Notes: generated by a model from the sequence alone, not told the origin. A stretch of DNA of 64,000 nt from an uncultured Nitrososphaerota archaeon (GCA_963701075.1 OY969559.1:1632001-1696000); one strand, 5' to 3'; positions 30,882-46,333 are shown, counted from the stretch's first letter. Translations and numbers: made by a program.

Positions 30882-31997
30882 TTATTTTGAGAACTGAAAT
30901 CTCAACTTGCTAGAAATTAGAATAACTCCAACTATTGAAATTGCAGTTACCATAATTGCAAGAGGGCCAAATTCTGGAACAGATAACGGAGAAGAATATG
31001 ATACTACAGATACAGCATTAGAATTGTGTATTGTCACAAATATCTGCCCCTTTTCAGGGTCATAGACTGCACCAAAAGGAATTTTTCCAACGGGAACGGT
31101 TGCAACCACGGTATCTGTCTTGTCTGATATTACCGATACTGTATCAGAATTGTATTTTGTCACAAACATCTCCCCTTTTGGCCCAGATGCAAGATAATAT
31201 GGATAATTACCAACTGGAATGGTTGCAACTACCGTATCAGTCTTGTCGGATATTACCGAGACAGTGGAATTTGTACTTGTTACAAATAGCTCGTCCGTTC
31301 CAGAGTCATAGGCAATGGCAAATGGATAGTTGCCAACTGGAACGGTTGCAACTACCGTATCAGTCTTGGCTGATATTACCGAGACAGTGGAATTTGTACT
31401 TGTTACAAATAGCTCGTCCGTTCCAGAGTCATAGGCAATGTCAAATGGATAGTTGCCAACTGGAACGGTTGCAACTACCGCATTTGTTTTGTCGGATATC
31501 ACTGATACTGTGCTAGATTTTTCGTTTGCCGCAAACACTTCTCCTCTCAGAGAATCATATGCAATACCGTGCGGGGCAGCTCCAACTTGAATTGTATTCA
31601 CAACGGTATCGTCACTATCAGATATTACAGAGACGGTATTAGAAAGAAGATTTGCAACAAACATCTCATCCTTTGCCTGGTCATATGCAATACCGTGCGG
31701 GGCAGCTCCAACTGGAATTGTATCTACAACGGTATCGTTACTATCAGATATTACAGAGACTGTGTTAGAAGCTGCGTTTGTCACAAATATCTCCCCCTTT
31801 GTCGAGTCGTATGCAATACCATAAGGAATACTTCCGACGGTAACTGTTGCAGGCAGAGATTCCGCACTTGCAGTACGTGTAAAAAGCAAGCAAAAGAGAA
31901 CAAATATGAAAACTAGCACCTTTTCTGTTTGCGTGCTATTTTTTGTGATTTTGCCATTATTTATGTTGGCAATAATCTTCGGCCATGATGGTTTCAA
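30882..31997 (-). CDS. YVTN/YncE beta-propeller with PEFG-CTERM
   Basis: Seven VG.xPxGIAYD..E.FVTN..SNTVSVIS repeats; VPEFGPLA tail. Confidence 0.92.
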   Translation of the reverse strand: MKPSWPKIIANINNGKITKNSTQTEKVLVFIFVLFCLLFTRTASAESLPATVTVGSIPYGIAYDSTKGEIFVTNAASNTVSVISDSNDTVVDTIPVGAAPHGIAYDQAKDEMFVANLLSNTVSVISDSDDTVVNTIQVGAAPHGIAYDSLRGEVFAANEKSSTVSVISDKTNAVVATVPVGNYPFDIAYDSGTDELFVTSTNSTVSVISAKTDTVVATVPVGNYPFAIAYDSGTDELFVTSTNSTVSVISDKTDTVVATIPVGNYPYYLASGPKGEMFVTKYNSDTVSVISDKTDTVVATVPVGKIPFGAVYDPEKGQIFVTIHNSNAVSVVSYSSPLSVPEFGPLAIMVTAISIVGVILISSKLRFQFSK

Positions 31998-32143
31998 GCC
32001 AGGCCCACACAGGCCAGATTCATATCGAAATTATTCTTTGCCAATACAAAAAGATTCATCTAATTTCAACTTTCAACTTGTCTGGATCTGGTTATTTGCA
32101 TACATCAAAATTCTTCCTACAATGAATCTTGTAAAAAATCTAT

Positions 32144-32386
32144 ATGTGGCAAAAGTTCCCTTGTGCAAAGAAGAGATTTGAACCAATAATGGACAGATTA
32201 ACTAAATTTGGTATAACTTTTCTGATATGCGGTTTAGGGGCGTTAGCTTTAGAGTATTTTGCATTGTTTTCTACAATGAACTCTGCTCTAACAAGATATA
32301 CCTTGGCTCTTTTCTCCGACATTTTCTTCCTGATTGGTTTTGGTTGCTTTATTGTCAGAATTGTTCAATCTATCAAAAGTCATTAA
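32144..32386 (+). CDS. Small 2-TM membrane protein (start likely 32189)
   Basis: Two hydrophobic helices. Confidence 0.55.
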   Translation: MWQKFPCAKKRFEPIMDRLTKFGITFLICGLGALALEYFALFSTMNSALTRYTLALFSDIFFLIGFGCFIVRIVQSIKSH

Positions 32387-32514
32387 TTTACGATAATGTG
32401 CTTTACAATTGGCAGTACACAAGTTCGTTTTTTGTCCCTGTCATGTATTGACATTTGACAATTTGATTGAGATGATTTCAGGAACCTTTTAAATGATATG
32501 TCAGGTACGATGCA

Positions 32515-33078
32515 ATGTTGGAGTTAAAAGTAACGCCACAAGAGTATGTAGAAAAATTATCTACCAATAAACACATGATGCTGGTATATGATGACGAAAA
32601 ATACGGCAAGGAGGTCCAGTTGCTTTTTATCAAAAAAGGTTTGGAAAAAGGAGAATGTTGCATATACCTAGTTCACCATGAAGAAAGATTTACCATATCA
32701 GAGATGACAAGTTATGGCATTGATGCAGAAGAACAGATCAAGAAAGGAACCTTGCACATAATTGATACTGACAATTTTACAGACAGGATGCAGGGCATGG
32801 CAGAATTGCAAAAAATGTGTTCTGCGGGTCCACAGGTAAGAATTGTTGGCAGGTGGATTCCCTGCATAGATACTGTTGAGGGAATATCATCAGAGTTAGA
32901 TGCAGAAAAGGAGTTGCACAAATCATTTCACAACTTTCCTGGGTCTGTGTTATGCACATATCCTGTTGACAAGATCTGCAAAAAAGATCAAGCGCAACGG
33001 ACCATCGAACTTATGAATGCACATCAAACAGTAATTTTACTCACAGAATATGGAAAGGGCACCATACATGAGTTTTGA
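32515..33078 (+). CDS. MEDS (DcmR sensory) domain protein
   Basis: HMMLVYDD..FIKKGLEKGECCIY..VLCTY..AHQTVI. Confidence 0.82.
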   Translation: MLELKVTPQEYVEKLSTNKHMMLVYDDEKYGKEVQLLFIKKGLEKGECCIYLVHHEERFTISEMTSYGIDAEEQIKKGTLHIIDTDNFTDRMQGMAELQKMCSAGPQVRIVGRWIPCIDTVEGISSELDAEKELHKSFHNFPGSVLCTYPVDKICKKDQAQRTIELMNAHQTVILLTEYGKGTIHEF

Positions 33079-33116
33079 TTAGCTCTGTCTTCAAAATTTA
33101 CAATACAGTGTCTTGG

Positions 33117-33413
33117 CTAAACATTTACTGTATGATCGTGTCTATAGCCACATGATTGACACAAGAATACCTGATGCAAGTCTCCTTTCATATCTTTTTT
33201 AATTTCGGAAACTAGTTTGTCCATGGCAAGCCCCTTTCTTGGGCAGTCAGCATTGGGGCATGGCATATCATAATCTAGTACATGGTCCAGACAAAAGTAT
33301 CCTCGCTTTGAAGAATAATTTCCTTCTTTACCGCACTTTACTTTCTCACAAAATCTTTTCTTGTAAACAGAATCTTTTGGGATTCGGTTTGCCGGTATAT
33401 CTAATTCATCCAT
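33117..33413 (-). CDS. Cys-rich Zn-finger protein
   Basis: Several Cys/His pairs, including CQSCGY. Confidence 0.65.
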   Translation of the reverse strand: MDELDIPANRIPKDSVYKKRFCEKVKCGKEGNYSSKRGYFCLDHVLDYDMPCPNADCPRKGLAMDKLVSEIKKDMKGDLHQVFLCQSCGYRHDHTVNV

Positions 33414-33465
33414 GGTTATCTATTTGATAATTTTGGTATTTTTCAAATGTTTCCACTAGACAAAA

Positions 33466-33627
33466 TTACTTTTCATCTTCATAAAACTCAGGACGTATCC
33501 TGCTCCCATACAAAGCAGATTCCTTGGCTTCCTTTCTTCTTTTTAGCCACAAATGAATTCCGCCAAATAGCATTGCCCCCAAAAGAACCATTCCAGGAAT
33601 TAGCCACATCGCACCAAGTACCATCAT
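33466..33627 (-). CDS. 53-aa single-TM protein (absent from ORF track)
   Basis: MMVLGAMWLIPGMVLLGAMLFGGIHLWLKRRKE..; TM followed by basic residues. Confidence 0.5.
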   Translation of the reverse strand: MMVLGAMWLIPGMVLLGAMLFGGIHLWLKRRKEAKESALYGSRIRPEFYEDEK

Positions 33628-33670
33628 GATACATCGACATCATTATACCATAAAAGGTTCTGCAATCATT

Positions 33671-33773
33671 TCAAAATAATCGTCTACAGTTTACACTGGG
33701 ATTCAAAATAAAATGAATCGTCGTATAGTCTCGATGTATGTGACTGAACCGATGTATTGTGTTGTTAGTGACG
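33671..33773 (-). repeat. Direct-repeat copy of the 23S rRNA 3' end and trailer (34609-34713)
   Basis: About 103 bp with ~5 substitutions and a 2-nt indel. Confidence 0.92.
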
Positions 33774-33828
33774 ACTAGAACAATGTGAGTGCGTCATGTT
33801 CTCATTGCTATATTTATATCATACCATA

Positions 33829-33846
33829 GTCATACTATAGTATGAC
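33829..33846. promoter_or_regulatory. Perfect 18-bp palindrome over the RHH start codon
   Basis: GTCATACTATAGTATGAC; TATA-like TTTATA at ~33813. Confidence 0.7.
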
Positions 33847-34045
33847 AAAAGTAAAGAGGACAATTACCCTTAGTTCAGAATTAGACAACATCATTGCAAT
33901 GCTTGCCACTGGAGCAAACCAAAACACTTCAGAGTTCATAGAGTATAGACTCAGAGAAGACGAGCAGATCAAAAAAATGCTGCAAAAAATTAGAAATGCA
34001 AAAGATCCTCCAGAGTACAAGATTGGGAAAAAACTTACTATCTAG
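33842..34045 (+). CDS. RHH-like DNA-binding protein
   Basis: KVKRTITLSSELDNIIAMLA..NTSEFIEYRLR. Confidence 0.75.
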   Translation: MTKVKRTITLSSELDNIIAMLATGANQNTSEFIEYRLREDEQIKKMLQKIRNAKDPPEYKIGKKLTI

Positions 34046-34569
34046 AACTTTTTTTCCATCGGAGTTAGCATTCCCCACACATTGCTAAATTCTGAAGGTC
34101 CAATTATTTCATATCCATTTGACTTCCAGTACCCGATTCGATTTTGAACAGAATTTAATGTGATTTTAGAATAACCAAACTGTAAAGATACAAGCTCAAG
34201 TAGTGTAAACAGCGAATATCCCGGATGAATCTCATCGCAAAGTTTGTCGTGTATTCTATTTACGGCAATCATATCAATATGAAAGTGATCACCTTCATCA
34301 ACAAAAGATAAAAAAGCCAATATCTTGCTGTCAGATTCAAAGACCCAGACATGATAGTTGTCTTTATTTTCAATGTAGAGTTTTTGCAATGTAATATTTT
34401 TTGCAGATAAAAGTTCATTGTCAAAGTCATGTGATATATCAGTAGAAAGAATCTCCCTGTAAGGTAGGTTGAGCTTGAATTTTTTTCGCTCCAACAAGTT
34501 TTGATTACTAGAGTCACTAATAAGATCTTGATTTGAAATTATTTCTAGCTGCAGTGTATCATCTTTCAA
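34042..34569 (-). CDS. GNAT-family acetyltransferase-like protein
   Basis: FHIDMIAV..GYSLF..ITLNSV..IGYWKSNGY. Confidence 0.7.
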   Translation of the reverse strand: MKDDTLQLEIISNQDLISDSSNQNLLERKKFKLNLPYREILSTDISHDFDNELLSAKNITLQKLYIENKDNYHVWVFESDSKILAFLSFVDEGDHFHIDMIAVNRIHDKLCDEIHPGYSLFTLLELVSLQFGYSKITLNSVQNRIGYWKSNGYEIIGPSEFSNVWGMLTPMEKKF

Positions 34570-34691
34570 GATATTTTTTCAGATAAAAATAATTTTCTTC
34601 ATACAGCATCAAAATAATCGTGTACAGTTAACACTGGGATTCAAAATAAAATGAATCGTCGCATATAGTCTCTATGTATGTGACTGAACTG

Positions 34692-38010
<3,319 letters not shown>

Positions 38011-38169
38011 CACATCAGCATATTCAGTCACATATTACACGACTATACACGACGATCATCGCTAGTGCCGGGTCTCGACTACCAGCTTCGTCCTTCACCG
38101 GATAGTTTCCTATCCAGTTGCATCTTTTGTGAAGAAAGTGTGTGAACCCACACAACCCAATTATTTTCT

Positions 38170-39639
<1,470 letters not shown>

Positions 39640-39879
39640 TCGTTTTAATCGGTACTGTATTTCAAGTACCTTGTCGAAGTACGACTTTAATTCACACTTG
39701 TATTGGGAATTGGTGGATTCACACACTTTCTTCAAATTTCAGATAAAACCGTTAGGTCATACCCACATCTTGTATGCGTAACTGGAGGCCTGTAAATCAT
39801 ACGATGGCATAATACCAAGTTGTCATTACAAGCGCCGCCTTGCTGTTACGTATGCAAAGAGGGGATCAAAGCGAAATAA

Positions 39880-39885
39880 TATAAA
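39880..39885 (-). promoter_or_regulatory. Putative TATA box of the rRNA operon
   Basis: TTTATA about 240 bp upstream of the 16S 5' end. Confidence 0.5.
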
Positions 39886-39918
39886 CCATTCAGAAGTGAT
39901 GCCTAAAATCTGAATTTT

Positions 39919-41262
39919 TTGGGATCAATAATATTGGTCCTCATTCTAGTTTATGCATTGTCTTCTGCAGTTGAAATCTACAAGAAAAAAACTAGAAAAT
40001 CTGCCCGTGTTTTTGAAAAGTCAAAAAAGTTTCATGTCAACGGTGTAAGCCATAACATAAGATTTTTCAAACCGTATCCATTTGTTACCAAGTCTGCAAA
40101 GGGCAAGTCCATTTCAGACATAGACGGAAACCGCTATACAGACTACTGGATGGGGCACTGGAGTCTTATTCTGGGACATGCCGCACCACCTGTTGCAAGC
40201 CTTGTCAAAAAACAGCTGCCGTCATGTTGGATACATGGCACTGTAAACGAGATGACAGTATTATTTTCCGAAGTCATACAAAATGCAGTACCAGTAGCTG
40301 AGAAGATTCGTTATGTTTCCACCGGTACCGAATCCACAATGTATGCAGTAAGAATTGCAAGAGCTTTTACTGGAAAAAAGATAATTGCCAAAGTAGATGG
40401 GGGCTGGCATGGATACACCACAGACCTGCTCAAGTCAGTCAACTGGCCCTTTGAGCAACCAGAAAGTAGTGGTCTGACAGATGATTCGCATATCATATCA
40501 ATACCATACAACGATCTTGAAAAATCGATTCAGATATTGCAATCAGTAAAAGATGATCTTGCAGGTGTAATCATTGAACCAGTTTTGGGGGGAGGAGGAT
40601 GCATTCCTGCAACAAGAGAATATTTATCCGGAATACAGGAATTTGTACACAAAAATAATGCACTGTTCTTGCTTGATGAAATTGTGACAGGATTTAGATT
40701 TTCATTTGGATGCATGTATGATACTATGAAGCTAGACCCAGATATCGTAACGCTTGGAAAGATTGTGGGCGGTGGATTTCCAATTGGTGTGATATGTGGA
40801 AAAGAAGAGATAATGAAAATTTCTGACACACATACACACACAAAACTTGATAGATCATATATCGGCGGTGGAACATTTTCTGCAAATCCCATTACAATGA
40901 CTTCAGGCAGGGCAATGTTGCAATTCCTCAAGAAGAACCCTGTTGTGTACAAGAAGATAGGACATCTTGGAGAGATGGCAAGAAAGGGACTTGGTAAAAT
41001 TTTTGACGGAAAAGCTGTCATCACTGGAAAAGGCTCTCTTTTTATGCCACATTTTTTGGCAAATGGAATAACCGAGATTAAAAATGCATCAGATGCTGCA
41101 AGGTGCAACACTGATCTATTGCATCAATATCACTTTGAGATGATTGCAAGAGATGGAATATTTTTCCTTCCCGGAAAGCTTGGGGCAATCTCATATGCAC
41201 ATAATGAAGCAGACATCAAGGCCTTGCTAGAGGCATCTAGAAGGTTCTTGGACTTTGCCTAA
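39919..41262 (+). CDS. hemL: Glutamate-1-semialdehyde 2,1-aminomutase-like class III aminotransferase
   Basis: [53 protein letters not shown]. Confidence 0.82.
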   Translation: MGSIILVLILVYALSSAVEIYKKKTRKSARVFEKSKKFHVNGVSHNIRFFKPYPFVTKSAKGKSISDIDGNRYTDYWMGHWSLILGHAAPPVASLVKKQLPSCWIHGTVNEMTVLFSEVIQNAVPVAEKIRYVSTGTESTMYAVRIARAFTGKKIIAKVDGGWHGYTTDLLKSVNWPFEQPESSGLTDDSHIISIPYNDLEKSIQILQSVKDDLAGVIIEPVLGGGGCIPATREYLSGIQEFVHKNNALFLLDEIVTGFRFSFGCMYDTMKLDPDIVTLGKIVGGGFPIGVICGKEEIMKISDTHTHTKLDRSYIGGGTFSANPITMTSGRAMLQFLKKNPVVYKKIGHLGEMARKGLGKIFDGKAVITGKGSLFMPHFLANGITEIKNASDAARCNTDLLHQYHFEMIARDGIFFLPGKLGAISYAHNEADIKALLEASRRFLDFA

Positions 41263-41447
41263 ATGTGAACTTTTTTTCACAGAAGAAAAATACAAAGTTT
41301 GGTCGAAGAACTATACAGAGTAGACAATTCATACTGTTTCTCTTTTCCATACCATTCATACAGATCTTTGTCACTTTTTGCCAGATTGCATTTGGGACAT
41401 GCCTCATCAGATAACGAGGCAATTGCACGGAACGGCTCAATCTTTAA

Positions 41448-41879
41448 TTGTATAACATTGATTCAAAAAATATGACTAATCTTACCAAAGAACTGATTAT
41501 TGAAATCAATAGAGGCATAATACAAGAATGGTTAGAACAAAATCCCACTGCATTTGAGGCTATCAGCGCAAATCAAGATGAATTGAAAAAGATTTTGAAA
41601 ATGGTCGATAAACAAGAAAACCTCATAATGAAGGCATCTTATCTTTTAGGTGGAATATCATGGGCACAGCCATTTAGTGGCGGAAATAAAAGGACTGCGT
41701 TTGTATGTGCAGATACACTTTTGCGCCTGAACGGTTATAGATTATCCGTTGATAATGAAGAAGAACAAGAATATCTCCGAAAACTGCTTTTTGAGATTCA
41801 GGATGAGAGGTCTAAATTAAACGAAGAGACAATGGCTAAAATAATTTTATATGTATCAAAAAGGATTAGAAAGATATGA
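41448..41879 (+). CDS. Fic/Doc-family protein with His-to-Gln motif
   Basis: AQPFSGGNKRTAF. Confidence 0.8.
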   Translation: MYNIDSKNMTNLTKELIIEINRGIIQEWLEQNPTAFEAISANQDELKKILKMVDKQENLIMKASYLLGGISWAQPFSGGNKRTAFVCADTLLRLNGYRLSVDNEEEQEYLRKLLFEIQDERSKLNEETMAKIILYVSKRIRKI

Positions 41880-42106
41880 ATCAAGAAGCACTACAAGTAG
41901 CAAAGGCAAGTATGAGGGATAATCACAAGTTGCTTACTGCGCTGGGTAATGAAAAACCAGTTAAACTGAGTTATACTCCTAAAGAGGAATCAGTTTTATC
42001 ATCAATATTGGATTTACTTCCAAAATCGACAGAAGGAAAAATTGCCTTAGCTGGTTTAATAGCGCTAGTTGTTTGGGATCTAGTTCGTAAAAAAGATTCA
42101 AAATAA
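41876..42106 (+). CDS. Small protein with C-terminal hydrophobic helix, coupled to Fic gene
   Basis: ATGA overlap with the Fic stop. Confidence 0.65.
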   Translation: MNQEALQVAKASMRDNHKLLTALGNEKPVKLSYTPKEESVLSSILDLLPKSTEGKIALAGLIALVVWDLVRKKDSK

Positions 42107-42333
42107 AATGCGCTCAATTGATAGGAGATCTTTTAACGCAAATCAATGGCAGATATCAAGATGTGATAGGTTGTAGCCTGTGCAGATATTTCCATGACCC
42201 ATAGAAGGAGACAGTTACCGTTTCACAGATAAATCGGTCTAACCGAGTTTATCTTCTCGAGTAATTGGTTTGACAAAATGATCGTTTTTTTCCATAGCGA
42301 TATTTATTAACTAATATTTCTAGAGTCGTTCTC

Positions 42334-43137
42334 GTGTATAAGATAGCCATAGCCCTTGCAGCAGTAGTTTTGCTGATTCCTTTTGCATCCCACTCTTTTG
42401 CATCAAATATAGAGATAGATATCCATGCAGGCTCTGCTGACCAAAATCAGCACCTAACGTTTTACCCCCCTACATCATCGGCATATGTTGGAGATGTCCT
42501 GGAGTTTGGAAACGGCGATACAGTTACTCATGAGATAGTCTCCGGAACCCCCGACGCAGGATCTGATGGCAAGTTTGACAGCGGCACACTAAACCCAGGC
42601 CAGTACTTTACATACAATGTTACAGAGTATGATGTCGGCACACTCAGTTTTTACGACAAGTCATACCCATGGATGACGGGCAATGTCATAGTTCAGGAAG
42701 CACCCACAGGATACAAGGTAATTCATAATGTTGGTGCAGATGTCGGAGACGGCAAGACAACGTTTGATGTCCAGTACCAATCAATAAAAAATATCATCTC
42801 TGCTGAAGTGGGGGTAAAGGACAAGTCCCTCAACTTGGTACTTGTAGGGCAGACAAACCAGAGTAGCACCCTAGTGCTTAACCTTCCAACAGATCTTATC
42901 GCTACCCCATTATTGGGAGTACAAGTTGACGGTGCGTTTACAACGAACTTTACTGAGACAGACCTGAAAGGTATGACGGTTCTTACAATACCCATTACGC
43001 CAGTTACAGAACAAGTCAGCATTATAGGAACACAGGTAGTGCCAGAGTTTGGTCCAATTGCGGCCCTAGTTCTTGCAATATCTATTTTCACACTAGTACT
43101 GTTTACGAAATTTATGCCAATCCGTATACCGGGATAG
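42334..43137 (+). CDS. Cupredoxin-fold PEFG-CTERM surface protein
   Basis: THEIVSG, FDSGTLNPG, YPWMTGNVIV; VPEFGPIA tail. Confidence 0.85.
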   Translation: MYKIAIALAAVVLLIPFASHSFASNIEIDIHAGSADQNQHLTFYPPTSSAYVGDVLEFGNGDTVTHEIVSGTPDAGSDGKFDSGTLNPGQYFTYNVTEYDVGTLSFYDKSYPWMTGNVIVQEAPTGYKVIHNVGADVGDGKTTFDVQYQSIKNIISAEVGVKDKSLNLVLVGQTNQSSTLVLNLPTDLIATPLLGVQVDGAFTTNFTETDLKGMTVLTIPITPVTEQVSIIGTQVVPEFGPIAALVLAISIFTLVLFTKFMPIRIPG

Positions 43138-43831
43138 CTGCTCCGTTTATCGGTCTTGCATCATCTGACGCCAAAAAGAGAATCACTTTTGAAATATCAG
43201 TAGGTGTTACCCATTTTGCATGATCAGCATTTGGCATTGCTTTCCTGTTTTCTCCAGTATCAATAATGCTTGGCATGATGCAGTTGACATTGATTCCTTT
43301 TGACTTGACTTCTTCTGAGAGCGACTCGACTAGTCTTATCACACCGCTCTTTGATGCAACATATGCTGCATCATGTCCTGCACCCTTGAGTCCAGACCTT
43401 GCCGCAACATGAATCACTTTGCCGCCAGACTGTTTTGTCATCTGTGCAACAACATGCTTGCTTAACAAAAATGCTGTCTTGAGGTTGATATCCATCATAT
43501 GATTCCAGTCATTTTCGTCTATCTCAGTCACGGGTTTTCCCGCAATGTATCCGCCAATCACATTTGCAAGCACATCTATCCTTCCAAATCTCTTTACTGC
43601 CTCAGAGACCAGAATTTTCACATCATCTTCTTTTGTAAAATCTCCCCTCAACAAAAATGTGTTTTTTGCCGTACCGCAGATCTTTTGCAACGATTGAAGA
43701 GAATCACTAGAATGGTATGTCAGGACAATAGATGCTCCAGCCTTGAGAAAGGCCTGGGCCACCTCAGTTCCCAGTCCCCCACTGCTACCAGTAACGAGTA
43801 CAATTTTTCCTGAAAAATCATAATTGTTCAT
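43112..43831 (-). CDS. Short-chain dehydrogenase/reductase
   Basis: TGSSGGLG, YVASK. Confidence 0.92.
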   Translation of the reverse strand: MNNYDFSGKIVLVTGSSGGLGTEVAQAFLKAGASIVLTYHSSDSLQSLQKICGTAKNTFLLRGDFTKEDDVKILVSEAVKRFGRIDVLANVIGGYIAGKPVTEIDENDWNHMMDINLKTAFLLSKHVVAQMTKQSGGKVIHVAARSGLKGAGHDAAYVASKSGVIRLVESLSEEVKSKGINVNCIMPSIIDTGENRKAMPNADHAKWVTPTDISKVILFLASDDARPINGAAIPVYGLA

Positions 43832-43916
43832 AATGAAGCAACTACAAGGAGGATTAAAAAAGAATCTTTTCTCGTGGCATGATCACCTTTATCAAATGAT
43901 ATGACAATACAATATC

Positions 43917-44267
43917 ATGTCAAAAGACAACAAAACCCCAGATTGGGAAGAGATGTGGACTGAATACACCCAGACACTAAAAAAATGGATGCAAAATCTA
44001 GAGGCTCTGCAAAAGACAAGTGCCGAAGTACAAGAAAAGTACAATGAGGTAATGGCAAAAGCAATCAATGACTCAAGCCAGAAGACAATAAAGGAATTTC
44101 AAGATAACTGGCAAAAGGCCATGACCAAAGCAGGCGCATCTGCCTTCAAGCAATTTGGCGAAAGCTGGCAAAAATCAATCAGCGAGTCAGGACTAGGTCA
44201 GCTCCAGACATATGGAGACATGATGAGCAAGTTTGCCGAGACATGGCAAAAGATGTGGCGAAGTTAA
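43917..44267 (+). CDS. Helical Trp/Gln-rich hypothetical protein
   Basis: Repeated F.E.WQK motifs. Confidence 0.75.
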   Translation: MSKDNKTPDWEEMWTEYTQTLKKWMQNLEALQKTSAEVQEKYNEVMAKAINDSSQKTIKEFQDNWQKAMTKAGASAFKQFGESWQKSISESGLGQLQTYGDMMSKFAETWQKMWRS

Positions 44268-44287
44268 AAACATCTAAAGATAAGAAT

Positions 44288-44986
44288 TTAGCTCTTGTCG
44301 ACTTGTTCGCTGCCAGTCTTGGACTCGACCTCATCTGCCATCAGATCAAGCTCTGAGGTATCTCCTAGTTTTTGATATGTCATTTTTTCAAGTGTCTTGA
44401 GTATACTTTTTGCAGAACGATACTGCGGAAGTTTTGGCTCGTTGAGCTCTGCATACAGACCAATTCCCTGAATGCCGTTCATCTTTGCAAATCCCAGGAT
44501 TAGGCCGTTAAATCCAGTAATTATCGAGGCCTCGGGCGTTGTCTCAATTCCAAGTTTTCTTACCTGGTCTGTCATCTCTAATGATGTCGTAGTGACAAAT
44601 GTCTTGGGTTCTTTTCCAATTGGTTTTTTTGTATGAAACCCTCCAAGCGTGTAGATGAATCTTGTTGAATATTTTTTTGCGACATTTATGACATCTTGGC
44701 ACAACACATTGAGTTCCTCTGTTGAAGATGGCTGGCCAGAACCACCTCCGAAGACTATGGTGTCCTTGCCAAATCGGTATTCCCATTTTTCTTCGGGCAG
44801 ATCAATGTAGCCGCCATTATCTATAACATAAGCAGGATAAGATGGAAGAACTTCACGAAATACAACAGTTTCTAGATTTTCGTTAATAAAATCAATCACT
44901 ATGCTTCCCACGTCTCCCATATCTTGCATTGCGGCAATCATCATAGGCTTTTGCAGATCTGGCTCTCTTATTTGCGAAAACTTCAC
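44288..44986 (-). CDS. PAC2-family proteasome assembly chaperone
   Basis: DMGDVG, IYTLGGF, ITGFNGLILG, IGLYAE. Confidence 0.85.
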   Translation of the reverse strand: MKFSQIREPDLQKPMMIAAMQDMGDVGSIVIDFINENLETVVFREVLPSYPAYVIDNGGYIDLPEEKWEYRFGKDTIVFGGGSGQPSSTEELNVLCQDVINVAKKYSTRFIYTLGGFHTKKPIGKEPKTFVTTTSLEMTDQVRKLGIETTPEASIITGFNGLILGFAKMNGIQGIGLYAELNEPKLPQYRSAKSILKTLEKMTYQKLGDTSELDLMADEVESKTGSEQVDKS

Positions 44987-45068
44987 TCTAGTTCTTTACT
45001 TTTATTCTGATTAATACCTTGCATTCGTTCTACATGAGATATAAGTAGAGTTTTTTAAAATTCAAGGC

Positions 45069-45693
45069 ATGGGTAAGTATGAACTGCCTCCTCTTCCATA
45101 TTCCTACGATGCACTAGAACCGTACATCGATGAGACTACCATGAAGATCCATCACACAAAACATCACCAAGCCTATACAGACGGACTAAATGATACTCTT
45201 GCAAAGATAAACGCGCTATCACATAAAAATTACATTATTGGGATTTTGTCCGATATTAGTACAGTTCCAGAAAATGCAAGAGATGCAATCAACTTCTACG
45301 GTGGTGGATATGAAAATCACAAGATGTTCTGGGACAGTATGAAGCCAAATGGTGGCGGCAAGCCTGGTGGGAGGCTAGCAGACGAGATAGGGGTCTATTT
45401 TGGAAGTTTTGACGAGTTCAAGAAAAAGTTCTCAGAAGGGACGATATCAATACAGGGAAGCGGCTGGGGATGGCTAGTGTATAACCAGACATATGCAAAA
45501 TTGGAATTTATGACAACTCCCAATCAGACAAGCCCTTGGACCCAGAGGCGCATTCCTCTCTTGGGCTTGGATGTCTGGGAGCATGCATACTATCTCAAGT
45601 ATCAAAACAAGAGAGCGGCATATGTTGAATCATGGTGGAATGTTGTCAACTGGTCCGAAGTTGAAGAGAGATTTATCAGAGTGAGCTTCGTAA
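45069..45693 (+). CDS. sod: Fe/Mn superoxide dismutase (reads through into next gene as assembled)
   Basis: LPPLPYSYDALEP, HHTKHH, DVWEHAYY; out-of-frame TAA at 45691. Confidence 0.92.
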
Positions 45694-46301
45694 TGACATA
45701 CTCCAAATCATTTGGTTCCAAGAAAAAAACTGTAATTGTGACAGGTATAGTAATACTGCTTGCAATTTATTTTGCGTCAGCCAGTTATTTCTTTCCGCAA
45801 TTTTACCTCTCACTTGTACAGCAATATCCAAGACCAGTTATTTCAGATGTAAAAATTTCAAACTCTACCATACACCTTGGGCAGTCATTTGAGATTACAG
45901 TTGTAGGAACAAACAAAGGAGTAACGTCTGACATGCAGACATTGTCGGTATCATTTCCTAACATGACAGGTATAAAGGGAATATCCATCAAAGATGATAA
46001 CTTTACGCAGCATCCCATAATTATCAATACAGGACAAGAGGTCGGGTCACATTATCAGGGAACTCAGTATCCAGTGTACTCACAGTATCCAGCAGTGGAA
46101 TCATACAACAGACCATGGGAAGCCGGAGCGTCTCATGCAGTCTCTATAGATATCACGCCAGAATCTGCAGGAAAGTTTCTAGTATTTGTCAAAAGCGTGG
46201 TCTTGCCTCGCATCGATATTATTCATTATCCAATGAATGGAACTGAAGACCAGCAAAGCGAGTATGTTCTTCCCTATTCTGTAAATGTCACAGATCATTA
46301 G
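45693..46301 (+). CDS. Membrane-anchored Ig-like hypothetical protein
   Basis: ATG in a TAATG overlap, basic N-terminus then TM. Confidence 0.65.
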   Translation: MTYSKSFGSKKKTVIVTGIVILLAIYFASASYFFPQFYLSLVQQYPRPVISDVKISNSTIHLGQSFEITVVGTNKGVTSDMQTLSVSFPNMTGIKGISIKDDNFTQHPIIINTGQEVGSHYQGTQYPVYSQYPAVESYNRPWEAGASHAVSIDITPESAGKFLVFVKSVVLPRIDIIHYPMNGTEDQQSEYVLPYSVNVTDH

Positions 46302-46333
46302 TTATAAAAATCAGGCAATGAGAAGATAATCAA

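Noticed and set aside
31201-31807. CRISPR-like or non-coding repeats
   Set aside because: In-frame coding repeats of propeller blades
38011-38169. tRNA in the rRNA spacer
   Set aside because: Spacer consists of processing-stem strands; no cloverleaf or T-loop. I saw no tRNA elsewhere in the window
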